This document shows, one piece after another, positions 60,330-64,000 of a stretch of 64,000 bases of DNA. The notes beneath the pieces were generated by a model. That model worked only from the letters and a program-made list of their open reading frames with translations, made no database searches and was not told where the DNA came from. The translations under genes were made by a program, and so were the position numbers. Source of the DNA: Armatimonadota bacterium (GTDB taxonomy: Bacteria > Armatimonadota > UBA5829 > DSUL01); contig JBDHZC010000001.1 of the NCBI GenBank assembly GCA_039811685.1, positions 672,001 through 736,000 of the forward strand, read 5' to 3'. Every line of letters starts with the position of its first letter. Within the stretch, counting starts at the first letter, position 1.

Positions 60330-62216
60330 CTAAATCGGTGGTGGTGGTGGTGTATCGCCGCCACCGCCGCCACCAGATCCGCCGCCTGAGCCCCCTCCAG
60401 GAGGTGGTGGCGGCTCTTCCTTGGTGCGGAACTGACTTACTTCGCTATACACGTAGCGCAGCCCGCTGAGCGCGTCCGGCACCGGCCCCGGAACGTCCAG
60501 ACTGTTCACCGCTCCAACCCGCCAGTACAGAGGGGTGCCAGAGGTGATTCCGGAGAAGAAAGACGCTATATTCTGATTTCCAAGCGTCACCTGTGTCCCT
60601 GCTGCCGATGGAGAAGACGTCACAGCTGAGCTTCGGAACCGCACATTGGAAAACGCCGGGTTCGTGGACACTTCCACGATATATCTGTCCGCGCCAGCAA
60701 CGGCGTTCCAGGCAAACGTCACGTTCTGAAGGTCGATGTCTTGAGCGTTAAACGTCGGAGTCAACATATTGGCGCGCGTGATCTGCTCAAGTGGGGTTGA
60801 GCGGCCAACGAACTGCTGGGTCGTCTCCTGATACTTGTAGGTGGACGACGTGCCTCCTGTACCACCGCCGGTACCTGAGTCGCTGCCCCCGCCGAGCCCC
60901 GTGAGAATCTTGTAGACTCCGCTAATGTAATAGTTGTAGGTTCTGCCCGGAGTAATTCCCGGATTGGTCGCAGAGACCTCATCCGGCGCGCTGGAGGTGT
61001 CATTCGGATCAACGCGAAGGAACGTGACCGGAAGAGTGGTTCCAACTGGCAAATCCGGATCGTTGACCATCGAGATATTCGGGTCCACACCGAAAACGGG
61101 CGTCGGAAGATCGTCACGCCAGATCTTGTACTGGATCAGTCCAGTCCTGGCAAAGCGCGACGGATCAAGCGTAACCCTGACCGCTGGAGAGCTCATAGCG
61201 GACGTGGCTTCCGCGCGCAGGCCGGTGGCGGCGCCTCCCGGCCCGACGGATTCACTGCTCTTGCTCTGAGAGGCGAGCAGCGCGAGAATTCCCAGCCCTA
61301 GCAGCAGTCCGGCAACCCGGCCCGTACCGCGCTTCTTGCCTCCGCCAACGACCCCACCGGAAACTGTGGAAGGAGACTCTCCAAAGCCTCCCGTCGCCAC
61401 ATCGGGCAGCTTGAAAATGGCGCGAGCCTTATCCTGAGGATGCACTCCCCTGGTTGACCCAGGTAAAACATTAGCGGTGGCGTCGTTGTTGGAGACCTCA
61501 AGAATCCGAATGCGGCCGACTGTCTCGCCGTCTCGGGAAACCAGCATCTCCATCCCGCGCCGGATGCCGTCTTGAGCGCCCTTGTTGAGAAGGACCCTGT
61601 CGTCGCCAATCGAGTTCAGAACAGTCGCCTCAGGAATGATGTAGCTGAGCATCGTGTTGACGCCCACATAAGCGGCGTTGTTAATCGCCTGCGTCAGGAG
61701 CACATCATCGTCACCAGTAAAGTTGGGCACAGGCGTGGACTGTCCGCGGGCGATGGCGCCGTTCATGGCTTCACCGGTCTCCGCGTCCAGCATCCTGACC
61801 TCCATCTCCACCTTTGCCTGGCGCGGATTGTTGGTGAACTCCACTGATCGCAGAGTGCCGGTGATGACGGAGCTAACCCCGAGCTCCTTGGCCAGGCGAA
61901 CAATGGAAGTCACATTCAGTGGCGGCTGGAGATCCAGGTTGTTCATTGCATCAGCAATCTGACGCCGGCTGGCCACTGTGAACTTGTCAGACTTTGCAAG
62001 TTCTACCGCCACGGCGTCTGTCGCCAGACGCGCAGGCATCTGTCCACCGGATCTGCTGGCATTCGCAAAATCGAGCACCGCTACGTAATCCGCTCCCTGG
62101 ACCTGGGCAAGCACGACAGATGTGCCCAGCGCCGTCAGCAGATGCGGCACCAGCATGATAACGGTGAGCATCTTCGCTATAAATCGAACTGTCTTACGCT
62201 TTCTCGCCTTGATCAA
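60330..62216 (-). CDS. CsgG-like + FlgT-C-like domain protein with an internal hydrophobic segment, FN3/Ig-like domains and a Gly-rich/PPPPPI tail
   Basis: VAVLDFAN..AVELAKSDKFTVASR..LGVSSVITG..VRMLDAETGE; VLLNKGAQDGIRRG..VGRIRILEV. Confidence 0.7.
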   Translation of the reverse strand: MIKARKRKTVRFIAKMLTVIMLVPHLLTALGTSVVLAQVQGADYVAVLDFANASRSGGQMPARLATDAVAVELAKSDKFTVASRRQIADAMNNLDLQPPLNVTSIVRLAKELGVSSVITGTLRSVEFTNNPRQAKVEMEVRMLDAETGEAMNGAIARGQSTPVPNFTGDDDVLLTQAINNAAYVGVNTMLSYIIPEATVLNSIGDDRVLLNKGAQDGIRRGMEMLVSRDGETVGRIRILEVSNNDATANVLPGSTRGVHPQDKARAIFKLPDVATGGFGESPSTVSGGVVGGGKKRGTGRVAGLLLGLGILALLASQSKSSESVGPGGAATGLRAEATSAMSSPAVRVTLDPSRFARTGLIQYKIWRDDLPTPVFGVDPNISMVNDPDLPVGTTLPVTFLRVDPNDTSSAPDEVSATNPGITPGRTYNYYISGVYKILTGLGGGSDSGTGGGTGGTSSTYKYQETTQQFVGRSTPLEQITRANMLTPTFNAQDIDLQNVTFAWNAVAGADRYIVEVSTNPAFSNVRFRSSAVTSSPSAAGTQVTLGNQNIASFFSGITSGTPLYWRVGAVNSLDVPGPVPDALSGLRYVYSEVSQFRTKEEPPPPPGGGSGGGSGGGGGGDTPPPPPI

Positions 62217-62611
62217 AAGACGCCTTTCCTCCCCGCGCTAATCTTAGTTTCAGTTTACTGAATGCGATCGCGACTCGAGATAATAGCCGAACTCAGACAC
62301 GCCAGGCGATCTGGCCAGCCAGCCTCTGTGTGACAACACCGGTACAGACAAAAGTCTCCGCTCGCACATAGTCGAGGGGAGACGCGCCTGCCGATCTGTC
62401 CAGAGATATTATCACGTCCGAATTCACCAAGCAACAAATAACACTAATGCGCCACGCACCAGCGTAGCCGAACATCTGGACGGCCACAAAGGCTGAGTCC
62501 ACCCCAAAGAAGCTCGCTCCTTACCTGGAGTGCGACACGACGCCGTCAACTCTACGCGGGGCGCCCTCAGCAGTCCGCACACCGCTGCGTGGAACCTGCG
62601 TGGCCATCCCA

Positions 62612-63241
62612 TTACTTACGCGTCTGGAGTCCTCTGTCCTTCGCTGTCAGGCGCTCTGTCAAAAAAACCCACAACTTGTCAGTCTCCGCTGAGAGCTCAG
62701 CCAAACCTGCGCAGTTGTGAACGACAAAATCCGCTCGCACAGCCTTTTCATCCAGCGACATCTGCGCGGCGATCCGGCTCTGCGCTTCAACAGGGTCCAG
62801 ATACTTGTTCTGCAGACGACGCAACTGCAGATTTTGTTGCGTCCAGACAACAACCGTCAGGTCAAAGCTGTAGGACGACCCGGTTTCAAACAGCAGAGGT
62901 ATTTCGGCGACGTTGATAGTGCGGATTCCTGTGTCCTCAGCCAGCCAAGACTCGACTTCTGAGCGTACGAGCGGATGGACCAGGGCTTCGAGCCGTTTGC
63001 GCCGGGTCTCATCTGAGAAGACGACCTTAGCCAGAGCTGCCCGGTCTACTGCGCCATCTTGATCAAGCACAGCCTGCCCGAAAGCGCGGCACACAGCGTC
63101 CTTCAGGTCCAAAGACTCTGCAAGCAATCGGTGGACAATGCCGTCCGCAGACACGGTCCGCGCGCCGCGCTCAGCAAGCATCGCAAGCACAGTGGACTTT
63201 CCGCTGGCTATGCCGCCAGTCAGTCCGACAGATAAAGCCAT
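62612..63241 (-). CDS. coaE: dephospho-CoA kinase
   Basis: GLTGGIASGKST, VDRAAL, HPLV, EIPLLFE and RIAAQM motifs. Confidence 0.95.
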   Translation of the reverse strand: MALSVGLTGGIASGKSTVLAMLAERGARTVSADGIVHRLLAESLDLKDAVCRAFGQAVLDQDGAVDRAALAKVVFSDETRRKRLEALVHPLVRSEVESWLAEDTGIRTINVAEIPLLFETGSSYSFDLTVVVWTQQNLQLRRLQNKYLDPVEAQSRIAAQMSLDEKAVRADFVVHNCAGLAELSAETDKLWVFLTERLTAKDRGLQTRK

Positions 63242-63305
63242 CTCAAAGCACTCTGTCTGCAAGTCACTTCACAGGCCCGCCGCGCTTGAAGGACGGGAAA
63301 GCCCG

Positions 63306-63342
63306 AAAAGAAAGAAACCCCCAGACGTTGTCCGGGGGCTTT
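63306..63342 (-). terminator. intrinsic terminator after rpsA
   Basis: AAGCCCCCGGAC-AAC-GTCTGGGGGTTT followed by CTTTCTTTT. Confidence 0.75.
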
Positions 63343-63380
63343 GGAGAAATCACATTTACAGGATGTGAACGCAGCCAGAA

Positions 63381-64000
63381 TCAGGCCTGCTCACTCTCAT
63401 CAGTGCCGAGAGACTCCTCCGATGGCTCATCTGAGCTTTGCGCAACGGGTTCCGGTTCGGACGGCTCCGGCGCAGCATCTTCGGCCTCCTCACTGCTGGC
63501 GGCCTGGACATCAGCTTCCGCTTCTTCGTGATCCGGCTCCTCCTCCACAGCGGGAGTCACCGCCAGATCCAGCAGCTCTTCGTCTGAGAGATCGCCATAA
63601 GCCTCTTCCTCGGCGCGCTCCGCCGCTCGGGCCTTCTCTTTACGGCGCTTGCCCTTTCCTTTGCCTTCAAGCTCGCGCTCAAACTCAAGGCGCTTCTCCG
63701 CAAACCCTTCACCAAGCATATCGGCAATGGTCGTGCGTGGAGCCTCCCGGCCACCTCCACCACCGCCACCGCCGGAGTAACTGGGCTGTGGTATGTGCAT
63801 CGGCTCTTCGCCCCGATCCTGCATTAGAGCTCGCATCGAAAGCGTCATTCGGCGCTCTTCTGGCCGGACATCCAGCACTTTGGCTTCTACGTCATCTCCA
63901 ACAGAGACAACCTGCTCCGGCTTCTTAACACGCCGGTGTGAGAGCTCGGAGTTCGGGACAATGGCTTCGACGCCCTCTTCAAGTTGGACGAACGCCCCAA
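63381..64000 (-). CDS. rpsA: 30S ribosomal protein S1 (or IspH-S1 fusion), C-terminal part
   Basis: Manual translation GAFVQLEEGVEAIVPNSELSHRRVKKPEQVVSVGDDVEAKVLDVRPEERRMTLSMR is an S1 repeat; the gene lies upstream of coaE. Confidence 0.88.
   Translation of the reverse strand, partial: GAFVQLEEGVEAIVPNSELSHRRVKKPEQVVSVGDDVEAKVLDVRPEERRMTLSMRALMQDRGEEPMHIPQPSYSGGGGGGGGREAPRTTIADMLGEGFAEKRLEFERELEGKGKGKRRKEKARAAERAEEEAYGDLSDEELLDLAVTPAVEEEPDHEEAEADVQAASSEEAEDAAPEPSEPEPVAQSSDEPSEESLGTDESEQA

Noticed and set aside
1..64000. CRISPR arrays, IS elements/integrases, prophage, tRNA/rRNA
   Set aside because: No regularly spaced DNA repeats, transposase or integrase ORFs, or RNA gene signatures seen; repeats in the giant genes are protein-level, and the GGC/CCA runs encode Gly/Pro tracts

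Overview
A GC-rich (visually ~55-60%) bacterial chromosomal segment. The domain types in the secreted proteins suggest Armatimonadota (inference). Housekeeping content: partial recJ, fused secDF, an ilvB-ilvN-ilvC-leuA-cimA operon with two unannotated leader peptides, mscL, a CDF transporter, DAHP synthase, hisC-tyrA-aroA-cmk-plsC, a stand-alone dnaN, uvrB, coaE and partial rpsA. There are two accessory blocks. (1) A glycan block at 11.5-24.5 kb holds a GH51-like hydrolase with an internal CBM-like insert, an hddA-like kinase, three glycosyltransferases, an acetyltransferase and an epimerase. It also holds a 1290-aa secreted beta-helix protein that appears to carry a circularly permuted PHP metallohydrolase domain. 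(2) A ~21-kb co-oriented six-gene locus at 41.4-62.2 kb, in which two CsgG/TolB-N-like proteins ending in Gly-rich-PPPPP(F/I) tails flank four secreted proteins: an S8 protease, a 684-aa protein and 1568- and 2675-aa repeat proteins. All four end in the same bipartite 'GWNQI...GYW.R' module. This locus is the best candidate for an undescribed surface-protein export or assembly system. No CRISPR array, tRNA, rRNA or mobile element was recognised. All family assignments come from motif recognition by eye; no database search was run.
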